This document shows, one piece after another, positions 48,440 to 58,032 of a stretch of DNA of 64,000 nucleotides. The DNA comes from an uncultured Nitrospira sp. (GTDB lineage: Bacteria > Nitrospirota > Nitrospiria > Nitrospirales > Nitrospiraceae). The number at the start of each line of letters is the position of its first letter. Position 1 is the stretch's first letter. Location of the stretch: positions 5,646-69,645 of the forward strand of contig CAYSFU010000009.1 in assembly GCA_964430555.1 (NCBI GenBank), in the 5' to 3' direction. The notes under the pieces were generated by a model. That model worked only from the letters and a program-made list of their open reading frames with translations. It had not been told where the DNA came from and made no database searches. The translations under genes and the position numbers were made by a program.

Positions 48440-49372
48440 TCAGCCCTCCCCCTGACTCTTATGGACGAAGAGTTCTTCAAGCGAACCTTTGTGCGGAATG
48501 ATCGAGATCAATTTTGCACCGGCCCGACGAAGGGCCTCAAGGATTTCATCGAGACATTCGTGCCCGGGGAGTACCATCAAGCAACGCGCGCCGCTCTGCA
48601 ATGTCCGAAGAGCCAGCCTCTGGACCGGCTCGATCTGTGTTCCAATCACACCATCGCAGACGACTTCAATGGACTTGGTCAGTTGTCCATCGACCAATTC
48701 TTCCACTGTTCCGAGCGCGAGCATCTTGCCATTGGCCAGTATTCCCACGCGGTCACAAATCATTTCGACGTCCGATAAAATATGGGTACTGAAAAAGACG
48801 GTCTTTCCTTGTTCGCGAAGATTCAGGATGAGATCTCGTACCTCTTTACGGCCCATTGGGTCGAGTCCGGACATCGGCTCGTCGAGAATGACCAATTCAG
48901 GGTCTTGTATAAGCGCCTGAGCCAGGCCGATTCGTTGTAGCATTCCCTTGGAGAACTTCCGCAGTTGGCGATGCTGTGCCTCTTGAAGTCCGACCTGCTG
49001 AAGCAAGATGGGGATACGACTATGAATCGCATCACGCGGCATCCCCGCGAGTTTTCCGTAAAATTCAAGGAACTCCTCTGCCGTGAGGTAGTCGTAAAAA
49101 TATGGTGATTCAGGGAGGTATCCGAGTTTGCCATGGGTTGCCACATCGCCGGCCGGTGCCCCTAATACTTCCATCGTTCCGCTTGTCGGCCTCAGGAGTC
49201 CGAGCAGAATCTTCATGGTAGTCGTCTTGCCGGCTCCGTTGTGCCCTAAAAATCCAAAGATCTCTCCTTTTGCAACGGAGAATGACACATCCGATAGGAC
49301 GGTCGAAGAGCGTTGCCATGGCCATAGTGGTTCGTAGACTTTTGTGATCTGTTCGACGGCGATGACATTCAT
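48440..49372 (-). CDS. ABC transporter ATP-binding protein (PilH-like)
   Basis: [39 protein letters not shown]. Confidence 0.92.
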   Translation of the reverse strand: MNVIAVEQITKVYEPLWPWQRSSTVLSDVSFSVAKGEIFGFLGHNGAGKTTTMKILLGLLRPTSGTMEVLGAPAGDVATHGKLGYLPESPYFYDYLTAEEFLEFYGKLAGMPRDAIHSRIPILLQQVGLQEAQHRQLRKFSKGMLQRIGLAQALIQDPELVILDEPMSGLDPMGRKEVRDLILNLREQGKTVFFSTHILSDVEMICDRVGILANGKMLALGTVEELVDGQLTKSIEVVCDGVIGTQIEPVQRLALRTLQSGARCLMVLPGHECLDEILEALRRAGAKLISIIPHKGSLEELFVHKSQGEG

Positions 49373-49408
49373 GTGGGCTCGTAACCTCTGGTCAAACTGA
49401 GCCGGATT

Positions 49409-50305
49409 TTAGTGATACTGTCCCCTTTTCCGAAACGTCATTCGCATTCGTTCTTTGACTTCGCTACTTCGTACCTCGCCGGTATCGATATTGTATTGAT
49501 AATGACCACCAAACGGCTCTTGCGGCAATTCCCGTAAGAGTCCTTGCTGGACTAACTGTTCTAGTCGAGCCGGTCGCTGCGAAAATTGTGCATGGAATCG
49601 TCCGATCGCCTCCTCCAGTATCGCAAGATCGCGTTCGACGATGGCTTCCCGCAGGCGTTGCTCAAGCAGTCTTTTGACATTGTCATCCGAGGTCTCTTCA
49701 TAGATCTTTGCGAGTAACTCAACAGCCTGCTGAGGAGATTTCGCAGAGACCAGCAGCTTGGCGGCCAACCTGGCAATGATCTCCGGTGCACCGGGAATTC
49801 GTGCCGCCATGGCCATCGCGTCGGCTGCTTTCTGATTATCACCAAACTCGAAGTAATGATTGATACCCAACAAAAACGGCAAACGCCATTCTTGGGGATT
49901 GTGTCGAATCCCCTTTTCGAGCAGTTGGTTGCTCTCCTTGGGCATCACCACAATCGAACAGAGTGCGTGTGCGCCTGCTTCGTAGGCTCGTACAAACGTG
50001 GGATCCAATGTGGTCACCACATCCAACGCACGATAGATCCATTGGCCGGTTTCTGTAGAAACGCGGTTGTCGCCCATGGCTTGAATGATTTGCAGCCAGA
50101 GGGCATCTGCCACGACCTCTCGATACCCGAGCACTGCCACTTTGAGAACATTGCCGTCAGGAAGGTACGACATGCGCTGGAGCTTTGGAACTCCCGCTCG
50201 TGCGCCGTCCAGAGAGATATGGGTCGCCACGATTCCGGCACACAGTCCCATCCCTAGGGTTACCGAGAGGATCCATTGTTTTGCGGGCTGTGCAACAGGA
50301 ATCAT
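49409..50305 (-). CDS. Membrane-anchored TPR protein with pseudopilin-like C-terminus
   Basis: N-terminal TM; TPR-like LLEKGIRHNPQEWRLPFLLG; C-terminal RPARLEQLV..LPQEPFGGHYQY. Confidence 0.75.
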   Translation of the reverse strand: MIPVAQPAKQWILSVTLGMGLCAGIVATHISLDGARAGVPKLQRMSYLPDGNVLKVAVLGYREVVADALWLQIIQAMGDNRVSTETGQWIYRALDVVTTLDPTFVRAYEAGAHALCSIVVMPKESNQLLEKGIRHNPQEWRLPFLLGINHYFEFGDNQKAADAMAMAARIPGAPEIIARLAAKLLVSAKSPQQAVELLAKIYEETSDDNVKRLLEQRLREAIVERDLAILEEAIGRFHAQFSQRPARLEQLVQQGLLRELPQEPFGGHYQYNIDTGEVRSSEVKERMRMTFRKRGQYH

Positions 50306-50311
50306 GTACGG

Positions 50312-52300
50312 CTATGGCTTTGGTGACTGTATACCTAAGAATTGTTGTTCCAGGGTGGATAGCGTCCAGCTCTGATACGTCCATTGGATTGTCTTAATGG
50401 CGTTCCGATGCATATCGGCGACGTCTGTTTGCCCGATTTCTTGTGCGAGGTCCGCCAGCACCATCCGTGCTGGTAGAAAATTCGGTTCATAGGCGATTGC
50501 CCGTTCAAGCAGTTGTCGAGCGGATGTACGATCCCCCTTGCTGCGATGCAACTTGCTTAATTCAAGATAGCCAAAGGGAGAAAAAGGATCCACACTTATC
50601 GCTTTTTCAAAAGCCTGCGTTGCCAGTGTGAGGAATGAATCTCGATCTGCAGTTCGGGCCTGCTGCTCAGCTTGAGCAAGATAGATGGTACCCAGCCGAT
50701 ATGGCGGCCGACCATCGAGTGGGTTGAGAGCCGTCGACACAGCCAGTTCACTCGCGGCCTGATCAAGCCACTCCGGAGCACCGGTCTCGGTGAATCGTTG
50801 AACGTACACACGTGCGAGCTCGTCGCGCACTGCCGTGGAACCAGGATCAATCATTGATGCATAGCGGTACCACATGATTGCCGATACAGGGTCATGGTCG
50901 GCTCGTGCGCTGCTACCCCGATTGACCAGCAGCCATGCTGCGGCTGGTTGAATAGCCAGATAGGTCATCGCGCCTAACACTGCCACGATCAGCATGACTC
51001 TGGCGGCATGATATGGAAGTGAAAATCTCCACGGCTCGGATTGTGCGTCTCGGGCCTGTCTGCCTACGACAACTGCGAGACCTCCCTCAAGAATCAGGAG
51101 CAGGACCAGAGCCGGCTCGTGGAGCACGGAATCTACCGTGGCATGGACGATCGTCGCCAGGACACCGGCGCAGAGCCCCACCAGTATTCCTCGGGATTGT
51201 TGGGAAAGATCAGCCTTCCATGTTCGTTTGATCTCGACGGTCCACATCACGATACTGAGCACAAAGAACATCAAGCCCGCTATTCCCAATTCCACGGCCA
51301 ACTGTAGATATTCGTTGTGTGCGGTCTCGGCACGTTTCCCATACCGGATAATGTTTTCTTCCATGGGAAAGCGGTATTGAAACGAGGCATATTTATACAT
51401 GCCAAGCCCAATCCCCATCGGATGCTCACGAAGACGTTTCGTGGCATCTTCCCAAATCTCTATTCTGGCATAAGCGTAGGGATCCTGTTTTCCTATATCC
51501 ATCATCCGCTGTTTCAGGGGATTGGGGAAGAGGATGGTGCCGAGTATCAAGAGGAGCAGGATGAACAGCGTCGCCTTTCCATACCTGAAGCACCCAACGA
51601 CTGTCATGACGATCAGAAAAGCCGCTACCCCCCCCCTCGACTGAGCCAACATCACTGCAGTACTGGATAGTATTGCGGTCAGGATCAAGAACAGTTTGCC
51701 GGTCTTTCCGTACTCTATTTTGAACCACAGGAGGCTCACCGCCAGTACAGCGGACACTGTTTCGTACGTCGAGAAAAAATTAGGATTGAAAAATGTCCCC
51801 TTGGCTCTTGCTTCGCTGCCGGACAGATACTGGATAATTCCGAGTCCTCCTTCGAACAGCCCCATGAGCAGGATGAGGAAGAGGAAGGCCTGGACTCGTT
51901 GCTTGTTGTCTATCCCAAGAAGGATTACCAAGAAAAAGACAGCATAGAGCAAGAGGCTCAGAAACCATTGCAAGTTGACGCTTGTATAGGGCGACCACAG
52001 GAGCGAAAGACCAGACCATCCTAAAAACGCGATCATGGGCCACCAGAGATTTGTTCGAGGAATCGTCAATGTGGATCGAGAGAGGCCGGTCATGAGCCAG
52101 GTCCCCAAAGCGACCAAGAGGATGAGTCGGATGATCAGGACGGGAAGTTGTGTGGTCCCACCATCGATCAAGGGAGAAAACACCGTCAAGCTCCCGATGG
52201 TGAGGCAATGGCCAGTCAGAGAAGCTGAGAGTCTCTCAGTAACGAACTTGTTCATGCCAGGAATCTGGGCTATGAAAGAGCCAACTGCTAGGAATCTCAT
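50312..52300 (-). CDS. O-antigen ligase/O-oligosaccharyltransferase (Wzy_C) with C-terminal TPRs
   Basis: Many TM helices; GTFFNPN, QSRGG, GIGLG, AHNEYLQLAVELG; TPR tail; start may be at MNKFV. Confidence 0.88.
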   Translation of the reverse strand: MRFLAVGSFIAQIPGMNKFVTERLSASLTGHCLTIGSLTVFSPLIDGGTTQLPVLIIRLILLVALGTWLMTGLSRSTLTIPRTNLWWPMIAFLGWSGLSLLWSPYTSVNLQWFLSLLLYAVFFLVILLGIDNKQRVQAFLFLILLMGLFEGGLGIIQYLSGSEARAKGTFFNPNFFSTYETVSAVLAVSLLWFKIEYGKTGKLFLILTAILSSTAVMLAQSRGGVAAFLIVMTVVGCFRYGKATLFILLLLILGTILFPNPLKQRMMDIGKQDPYAYARIEIWEDATKRLREHPMGIGLGMYKYASFQYRFPMEENIIRYGKRAETAHNEYLQLAVELGIAGLMFFVLSIVMWTVEIKRTWKADLSQQSRGILVGLCAGVLATIVHATVDSVLHEPALVLLLILEGGLAVVVGRQARDAQSEPWRFSLPYHAARVMLIVAVLGAMTYLAIQPAAAWLLVNRGSSARADHDPVSAIMWYRYASMIDPGSTAVRDELARVYVQRFTETGAPEWLDQAASELAVSTALNPLDGRPPYRLGTIYLAQAEQQARTADRDSFLTLATQAFEKAISVDPFSPFGYLELSKLHRSKGDRTSARQLLERAIAYEPNFLPARMVLADLAQEIGQTDVADMHRNAIKTIQWTYQSWTLSTLEQQFLGIQSPKP

Positions 52301-52411
52301 CTACGCACTGTGGAGGGTCGATGGCAATCTATTGTGAAAAACAAGCAGGACGTCGAAGTGTCTGAAGTGTCGAGGATGGCAGTCGTAGAGGTTCCCATAG
52401 CCCTTAGAAAT

Positions 52412-52446
52412 GGGAAAGGGGATCGGTCTTCCCGATCCCCTTTCTC
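52412..52446 (-). terminator. Strong stem-loop after pilA
   Basis: GGGAAAGGGGATCGG-5nt-CCGATCCCCTTTCTC, ~20 nt after the pilA stop; weak U tract. Confidence 0.7.
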
Positions 52447-52467
52447 TGAACAACCGCCTAATGTGGA

Positions 52468-53004
52468 TTAGGCGCCGACATCGTTACGGGTATTACTCAA
52501 CATGCGCTGGTCGTTGATGAACCAGTCATCGCACGTGGCGTCAGAGTCAACATTCCCCTGCGCGCCTGCCGTAAACCCAGCTGGTGCCGTCCCTACCGAT
52601 GCACTTGCGGCCACGGCATTTCCTCCGGTCGCTGGCGCTGTCGTACAGGTAGTTGGTGCGACCACGCTCGAAGGAAGAGTGAACGCTGTAGCGGTGCTTG
52701 CTGAAGTCGCTCCAACAGCGCCGGTTGCATAGAAGTAGGTATAACGGGGCTGTCCACTCGGTGACCATCCAATCGGGTCAAGCGTAGGGCCAGGAACATA
52801 TGTCGGAGTCGGCTGTTCAGCCGCAAACGCAGTGGCCGAGGTAAAGATCGCGCCAAGGTTGACCTTGGCTTCAGACTGTCTCGATTTCGCCTGATAGGCA
52901 ACAAAGTTCGGAATGGCGATGGCCGCCAGAATTCCGATGATCGCCACGACGATCATCAACTCAATGAGGGTAAAGCCCTCTTGTTTACGAAGCGATGTCA
53001 ACAT
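52468..53004 (-). CDS. pilA: Type IVa major pilin
   Basis: [34 protein letters not shown] prepilin motif with E5; two Cys; AAGGAGG RBS. Confidence 0.93.
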   Translation of the reverse strand: MLTSLRKQEGFTLIELMIVVAIIGILAAIAIPNFVAYQAKSRQSEAKVNLGAIFTSATAFAAEQPTPTYVPGPTLDPIGWSPSGQPRYTYFYATGAVGATSASTATAFTLPSSVVAPTTCTTAPATGGNAVAASASVGTAPAGFTAGAQGNVDSDATCDDWFINDQRMLSNTRNDVGA

Positions 53005-53085
53005 TGTCCTGCCTCCTTGTTGATGGTTCACTGACGGCTTGGTTCATAACCTGCGGCGCCTTGGTTGCCGCCTACCGGTTGTCAT

Positions 53086-53101
53086 AGCAGGTTCGATGCC
53101 G
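53086..53101 (-). promoter_or_regulatory. sigma54 promoter of pilA
   Basis: CGGCATCGAACCTGCT (GG-N10-GC); partial IHF-like TTACAACAGGTTA at 53141-53153. Confidence 0.55.
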
Positions 53102-53325
53102 CTTAGTGATAAGGCGTTAGGGATGCACTGATCCCTGATGTTACAACAGGTTATGAAAAAGACACCATGAGGGTCGCTCGCGATGGACGGTTGTGTGGCC
53201 GCAATGTGTTCTCAATGGCCAAGAATTGGTACTGGGTGAGGTTCGAAAGTAGATTACAGCAGACCAATGGAAACCAAGCGATCAACTGCCTTTGTGGGCA
53301 ATGGATATTGAATAGGGAGGATCAT

Positions 53326-55149
53326 TTAGGGAGTAGCCTGTTGACCTTGTGTCTTCTCTGCAACTCGGCGCTTGGCTTGTTGAATTCGCTCTTCATAGAC
53401 AGGGTTGGCCATGCCGTGCTCACGGAACCGCTGGAGCAGTTTGTCGTTGGAAGGGTCGAGCTCAAGGGAATGAAGCCAGGCGTCACGTGCATCCGTAGAT
53501 TTTTGTTGTTTGATGTAGATATCCCCTAAGTGCTCATAGATCACAGGGTCGTCTCCGACGAGCGTGACAGCCTTCTTGATCTCGGTGAGGGCCTCGGTGA
53601 GCATGCCGGACTTATAGAAGGCCCATCCGAGGCTATCCACGTAGTACCCATTCTCCGGTTTCAGTGCGACGGCCCGTCTGGTCAGGGACAACGCCTGTTC
53701 GATTTTGATTCCACGGTCGGCATAACTGTACCCGAGATAGTTCAGCGCATCGGCATGATGAGGATCCAGAGCGAGCGCTGTTTCCATTGCGTGCTCCACC
53801 TCCTCGAATCGATTCAACTTGTCGTACGCTGTGCCGAGATTGAAATGAAGATCGGCGTTCTTGGGATTATGCCGAATCCCTTCTTCGAATGCTTGTGCAG
53901 CCTTTGTAAACTGATCGCTCTGCACATGGGCGAGTCCCAGGACAATGTATGGTTCCGGTTGCGTCGGCACCAGATGCACGGCGTCGTTGAGATGTGCCAC
54001 GGCTTCGGGGAACTGTTTCAGCCGATAGAGGAGTACGCCCAAGTGTATGTGACTGTCCGAGAATTTGGGATCCAAGTAAATATTATATTTATAGGTGTCG
54101 ATCGCCTTGGGAAAATCCTTCGTTTCTTCATACAAATATCCAAGGTAGTCACGCACCTTGAGCTCCGCCGGTTTGGCGTGCAAAATGTCGGTCAATCGAC
54201 TGATGGCCTTGGCGAATTCTTTTTTTTCTCCGTAGATCAGCGCCATCCGTAATTGGGCATCGAGATCACCGGGGTTGTCTTGCAACAGGGTTTCGAGTTC
54301 AGCGAGGCCGCCGGCATAGTCCTTGGTCGAAATGTATAATTGGACCAAATGTTGGCGAATCTCTCGATTGCGTGGATTCACGTGATCAAGATATTTCTTT
54401 AGAATGGCGATGGCTTTGTCTTTCTCTTGACGTGATTCAAACACTGACGCTTGTGCGAGATAGGCTGGCTCAAACGCGGGATTCACCGTGATGGCACGAT
54501 CAAGATGGGTCACGGCTTGATCGGTGTTGCCAGCCTCCAATGAGATCCGACCGAGGTAATAGTGACCGATCGGGGAATCCGTGCTGTGTTGCAACCCCTT
54601 TTTTACGGCTTGCTCCGCCTCGGCAAGTCGCTTCTGATTCAACAGAATCAAGCCTTTAGGAAAGTAGGACTCTCCCCTCTCCGGGGCACCGTCAATTGCC
54701 TTGTCTAATAGTTCAAGCGCACGTTCAGGTTTCCCGGCACTGGCAAGAATGCCGGCCATCTGCGTGAGCACCTGAGGTTCTTGTCCCACCCCTTGCCCCA
54801 CGTCCTCGGCATACTGAATGGCCAGTGGGAAATTTCCCGATGTAAAATAGAGGGCTGCCAAACGTGACTTGACCTCTCGTGATTTTGGATCGACCTTTAA
54901 GGTGGCCTGATACTCCTTGATGGCCGTTTCGAGATCCTGAGAGAGCTCCGCCTGGTGCCCCATCATGAAATGATACGTTGCATCGGAATCCGGCGCAGCG
55001 GGTGATGGCTGCTGTACGACCATTGGAGGCTGAACGGTTGTTTGAGGTTGAGGGGCTGCAGCGCAAGCAACAAGGACGCAAGGAATGAGCCAACTGACCC
55101 CTGCCGGAACAAACCCGTTTCTCGTAAAGGATCGACTGCCGTAGGTCAT
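53326..55149 (-). CDS. Multi-TPR putative lipoprotein
   Basis: LVAC lipobox, many TPRs, ADALNYLGYSYAD..YVDSLGWAFYK..IYEHLGD. Confidence 0.88.
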   Translation of the reverse strand: MTYGSRSFTRNGFVPAGVSWLIPCVLVACAAAPQPQTTVQPPMVVQQPSPAAPDSDATYHFMMGHQAELSQDLETAIKEYQATLKVDPKSREVKSRLAALYFTSGNFPLAIQYAEDVGQGVGQEPQVLTQMAGILASAGKPERALELLDKAIDGAPERGESYFPKGLILLNQKRLAEAEQAVKKGLQHSTDSPIGHYYLGRISLEAGNTDQAVTHLDRAITVNPAFEPAYLAQASVFESRQEKDKAIAILKKYLDHVNPRNREIRQHLVQLYISTKDYAGGLAELETLLQDNPGDLDAQLRMALIYGEKKEFAKAISRLTDILHAKPAELKVRDYLGYLYEETKDFPKAIDTYKYNIYLDPKFSDSHIHLGVLLYRLKQFPEAVAHLNDAVHLVPTQPEPYIVLGLAHVQSDQFTKAAQAFEEGIRHNPKNADLHFNLGTAYDKLNRFEEVEHAMETALALDPHHADALNYLGYSYADRGIKIEQALSLTRRAVALKPENGYYVDSLGWAFYKSGMLTEALTEIKKAVTLVGDDPVIYEHLGDIYIKQQKSTDARDAWLHSLELDPSNDKLLQRFREHGMANPVYEERIQQAKRRVAEKTQGQQATP

Positions 55150-55202
55150 GGTTATGTCCTGCTTACCGCGTTAATTTGAATTGGAGGGCATGGTACAGGA
55201 GG

Positions 55203-55231
55203 ATTATACCGAGTGGAGGAAGGATGCGCAA
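55203..55231 (-). promoter_or_regulatory. sigma70 promoter of TPR lipoprotein gene
   Basis: TTGCGC-17nt-TATAAT. Confidence 0.5.
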
Positions 55232-55275
55232 ACCGTGCGATGTCGGCTCAGGATATCGAAGCCGTCCTCGGCCCG

Positions 55276-56625
55276 TTAGTTTTCACGAAGGTCAAGACTC
55301 TCAAATTTGGCGTACCGATCCTGAAAAAACAGCTCTTTCTTCCCGATGGGTCCGTTTCGATGTTTGCTGACAATAATGTCGGCAATCCCTTTCCGTTCTG
55401 AATTCTGATCGTAGACATCTTCGCGGTAAATGAACATGACGACATCGGCATCTTGCTCGATGGCTCCACTTTCCCTGAGATCAGCCAGCATGGGAATCGG
55501 CGGTTTCCGTGCCTCCACGGCACGACTCAACTGAGACAGCGCGACCACCGGGACATTGAGCTCTTTTGCCAAGGCTTTCAAAGAACGAGAGATATCGGAG
55601 ATTTCTTGTTGGCGAGATTCGGAGTCACTTCGGCCTTGCATCAGTTGTAGATAGTCGACGATGAGCAGATCCAGCCCCTTCTCTGCTTTGAGCCGACGTG
55701 CCTTCCCGCGCATCTGCTGCACGGTGATTCCTCCGGTGTCGTCGATATAGATCGAGGCCTGCTCCAATCGACCGGCTGCCTCTGCCAATCTCCACCAGTC
55801 TTCTTTCTGTAGTTTACCCGTTCGGAGGGCGTGTGAATCGACACGAGCTTCAGAGCTGAGCATGCGCAGGACAATTTGGGGCTTAGACATTTCAAGACTG
55901 AAGATACCGACGACCGTATTGGCATGAATGGCGGCATGTGTGGCAAATCCCAAGGCCAGACTGGTTTTCCCCATGCTGGGTCGCCCTGCCACGACAACCA
56001 AGTCCGACGCCTGAAGTCCGGCGGTAATATCGTCAAGATCATAGTAGCCGGTCGGCACGCCTGTGACGTGCTCTTTGCGTTTCGACAGCTTGTCGATCAC
56101 ATCGAGACTTTCCTTAATGACCTGACTGATGGGGCTAAACGATCGCTCCAGTTTCCCTTGAGCAATACTGAACACCGACCGCTCCGCAAAATCGAGAAGG
56201 TCATCGATGGAAGCGGTTCCCTCATATCCTCTGGTGAGCACCTCTGTCGATGTGCTGATCAGTTGGCGAGCGACGGCTTTGTCTCGAACGATTTTGCAGT
56301 GGTAGCGAATATTGGCTGAACTCGGGACAATTTGAACCAACTCTGCGAGATAGGCCGATCCTCCGATCGCCTCGATCTCCTTACGGGCCTTGAGCCGCTC
56401 AGTCAACGTGATATGGTCGATGACTTCGCCTGTGTCGGCGAGTTCAAGCATCGCTTGAAAGACTTTCTTATGGGCAGTGCGGTAGAAGTCGTCCTCGACC
56501 AGCAGTTCCATGGCCTTCGGCATGGCGGCATTATCGAGCAAGATGGCGCCGAGTACCGACTGCTCAGCCTCCAAGTTTTGCGGGGGAAGCTTGGGTTGGG
56601 AGAGATCAACTGAACTGCTGGCCAT
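55276..56625 (-). CDS. dnaB: Replicative DNA helicase
   Basis: PPQNLEAEQSVLG, GRPSMGKT, FSLEM, VDYLQLM, LSQLSR, LRESGAIEQDAD, KHRNG. Confidence 0.98.
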   Translation of the reverse strand: MASSSVDLSQPKLPPQNLEAEQSVLGAILLDNAAMPKAMELLVEDDFYRTAHKKVFQAMLELADTGEVIDHITLTERLKARKEIEAIGGSAYLAELVQIVPSSANIRYHCKIVRDKAVARQLISTSTEVLTRGYEGTASIDDLLDFAERSVFSIAQGKLERSFSPISQVIKESLDVIDKLSKRKEHVTGVPTGYYDLDDITAGLQASDLVVVAGRPSMGKTSLALGFATHAAIHANTVVGIFSLEMSKPQIVLRMLSSEARVDSHALRTGKLQKEDWWRLAEAAGRLEQASIYIDDTGGITVQQMRGKARRLKAEKGLDLLIVDYLQLMQGRSDSESRQQEISDISRSLKALAKELNVPVVALSQLSRAVEARKPPIPMLADLRESGAIEQDADVVMFIYREDVYDQNSERKGIADIIVSKHRNGPIGKKELFFQDRYAKFESLDLREN

Positions 56626-58010
56626 TATGGCGTCCCTTCGGAACCGACACAGAGTGTGTGTGCGAGGTCCCGTTTCAGCACCATTCGTCTCTGAACCTTG
56701 GGCATTCTTCCAACTCGTTGTGGCTCGATCTGTTGCAACAGTAGGACATGATCTTCATGAGATCTTTCTGTGCCGACCACAATCACGATGGAGACTCCTG
56801 ATTCACGACCCATATCAGCAGCGATGTGGACCAAGTCTTGAGCAGAGGCCGCGACGGATCGGTGAAGGACTCTCAACCCGGCCTGGCGAAGGTCCCCGGC
56901 GATGGAAACCAGTTCATGAGATGTGTGAGTGGGGCCTAGCACAAGGATCTTGGAGTCAAGAGGCTTCATGGGTCCTGAAAGATTGAGGCTTCGGAAGAGG
57001 CGATCGACATTGAGCCCAAATCCAGTAGATGGCAGGTTGCGGCCAAATCTCCCGATAAGATGGTTGTATCGTCCTCCTCCCCCCAATTCCACCTCGATCC
57101 CATCCGAGAACACGTCAAAGACTACCCCATCATAGTAATCGAATCCTCGAAACTCTCCCAAATCCAGCAAGAGCAGGTCTTTGAACCCGGAGGCGCATAG
57201 TGTGCCATAGACGCTGGCCAATCGATCGATGGCCTGTAATAGAGGTTTCTCCCCTTTGGCGAGGCTGCGCCCTTTCACGAGGACTTCAGTCGTTCCGCAG
57301 AGCTCAAGTGCGTCAAGGATCCGACGCGCGGAGTGCTTGCTCACACGCTCCTGCCCGATAATTTCTTCGAGCCTCGGTAAATCCTTTCTGGCTGCAGCTT
57401 CCTCTGCCCGTTTTCTCCCTTCGATGGAGAGCCCGGCGCACACGAGGAGGCTTTTGAAAAATGCGACATGCCCCAGCGATACCTTGAATGACTGAAGTCC
57501 GACCCGATGAAGTGACTCGATCATCAGGCTGATCATTTCGCAATCGGCTGAGGGATCGTCCTCTCCGATCAGTTCGGTGCCGACTTGAAAGAGTTCGCGG
57601 TCCCGGCCGACATGTTCTGGCTCGTAGCGAAACACCGTGGCGCGATAGGATAATCGCAACGGGAGGCGGGCGCCTACCATGCCCATGGCGACCGTTCGAG
57701 CGATTTGTGCGGTGACATCCGGCCTCAACAGCAATATGCGACCGGTCGTTCTGTCGATGATTTTATAGGAATTTTCCGCTAATCGAGGTTCCAGACCTGG
57801 CGCGAGTACGTCGAGATATTCAAAGGTCGGTAAAATAATTTCGTCGTACCCGGATTCGTAGAACCCCCGGAGCAGTTCGGATTCCAGGTGACGAACGTGA
57901 CGCGCGGCTTCCGGAAGAATGGTCGCCATTCCTACCGGAACGAGTGAGCGCTCACGTATGAGGGACATCTTCTCCGAAGAAACAGCGCGCGTCGGAGGGG
58001 CAGCAGCCAT
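56625..58010 (-). CDS. hisZ: ATP phosphoribosyltransferase regulatory subunit
   Basis: HisRS-like: LRPDVTAQIAR, RELFQVGTELIG, GFDYYDG, GGGRYN. Confidence 0.88.
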   Translation of the reverse strand: MAAAPPTRAVSSEKMSLIRERSLVPVGMATILPEAARHVRHLESELLRGFYESGYDEIILPTFEYLDVLAPGLEPRLAENSYKIIDRTTGRILLLRPDVTAQIARTVAMGMVGARLPLRLSYRATVFRYEPEHVGRDRELFQVGTELIGEDDPSADCEMISLMIESLHRVGLQSFKVSLGHVAFFKSLLVCAGLSIEGRKRAEEAAARKDLPRLEEIIGQERVSKHSARRILDALELCGTTEVLVKGRSLAKGEKPLLQAIDRLASVYGTLCASGFKDLLLLDLGEFRGFDYYDGVVFDVFSDGIEVELGGGGRYNHLIGRFGRNLPSTGFGLNVDRLFRSLNLSGPMKPLDSKILVLGPTHTSHELVSIAGDLRQAGLRVLHRSVAASAQDLVHIAADMGRESGVSIVIVVGTERSHEDHVLLLQQIEPQRVGRMPKVQRRMVLKRDLAHTLCVGSEGTP

Positions 58011-58032
58011 AATAGCCTAGTGAGACAGATAC

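Noticed and set aside
53040..53085. ops/JUMPStart-like antitermination signal in the pilA leader
   Set aside because: GGCGGCAAC is not the GGCGGTAG consensus and no RfaH/NusG paralog is in the window
55276..56625. Intein in DnaB
   Set aside because: 449 aa with contiguous motifs; no insertion
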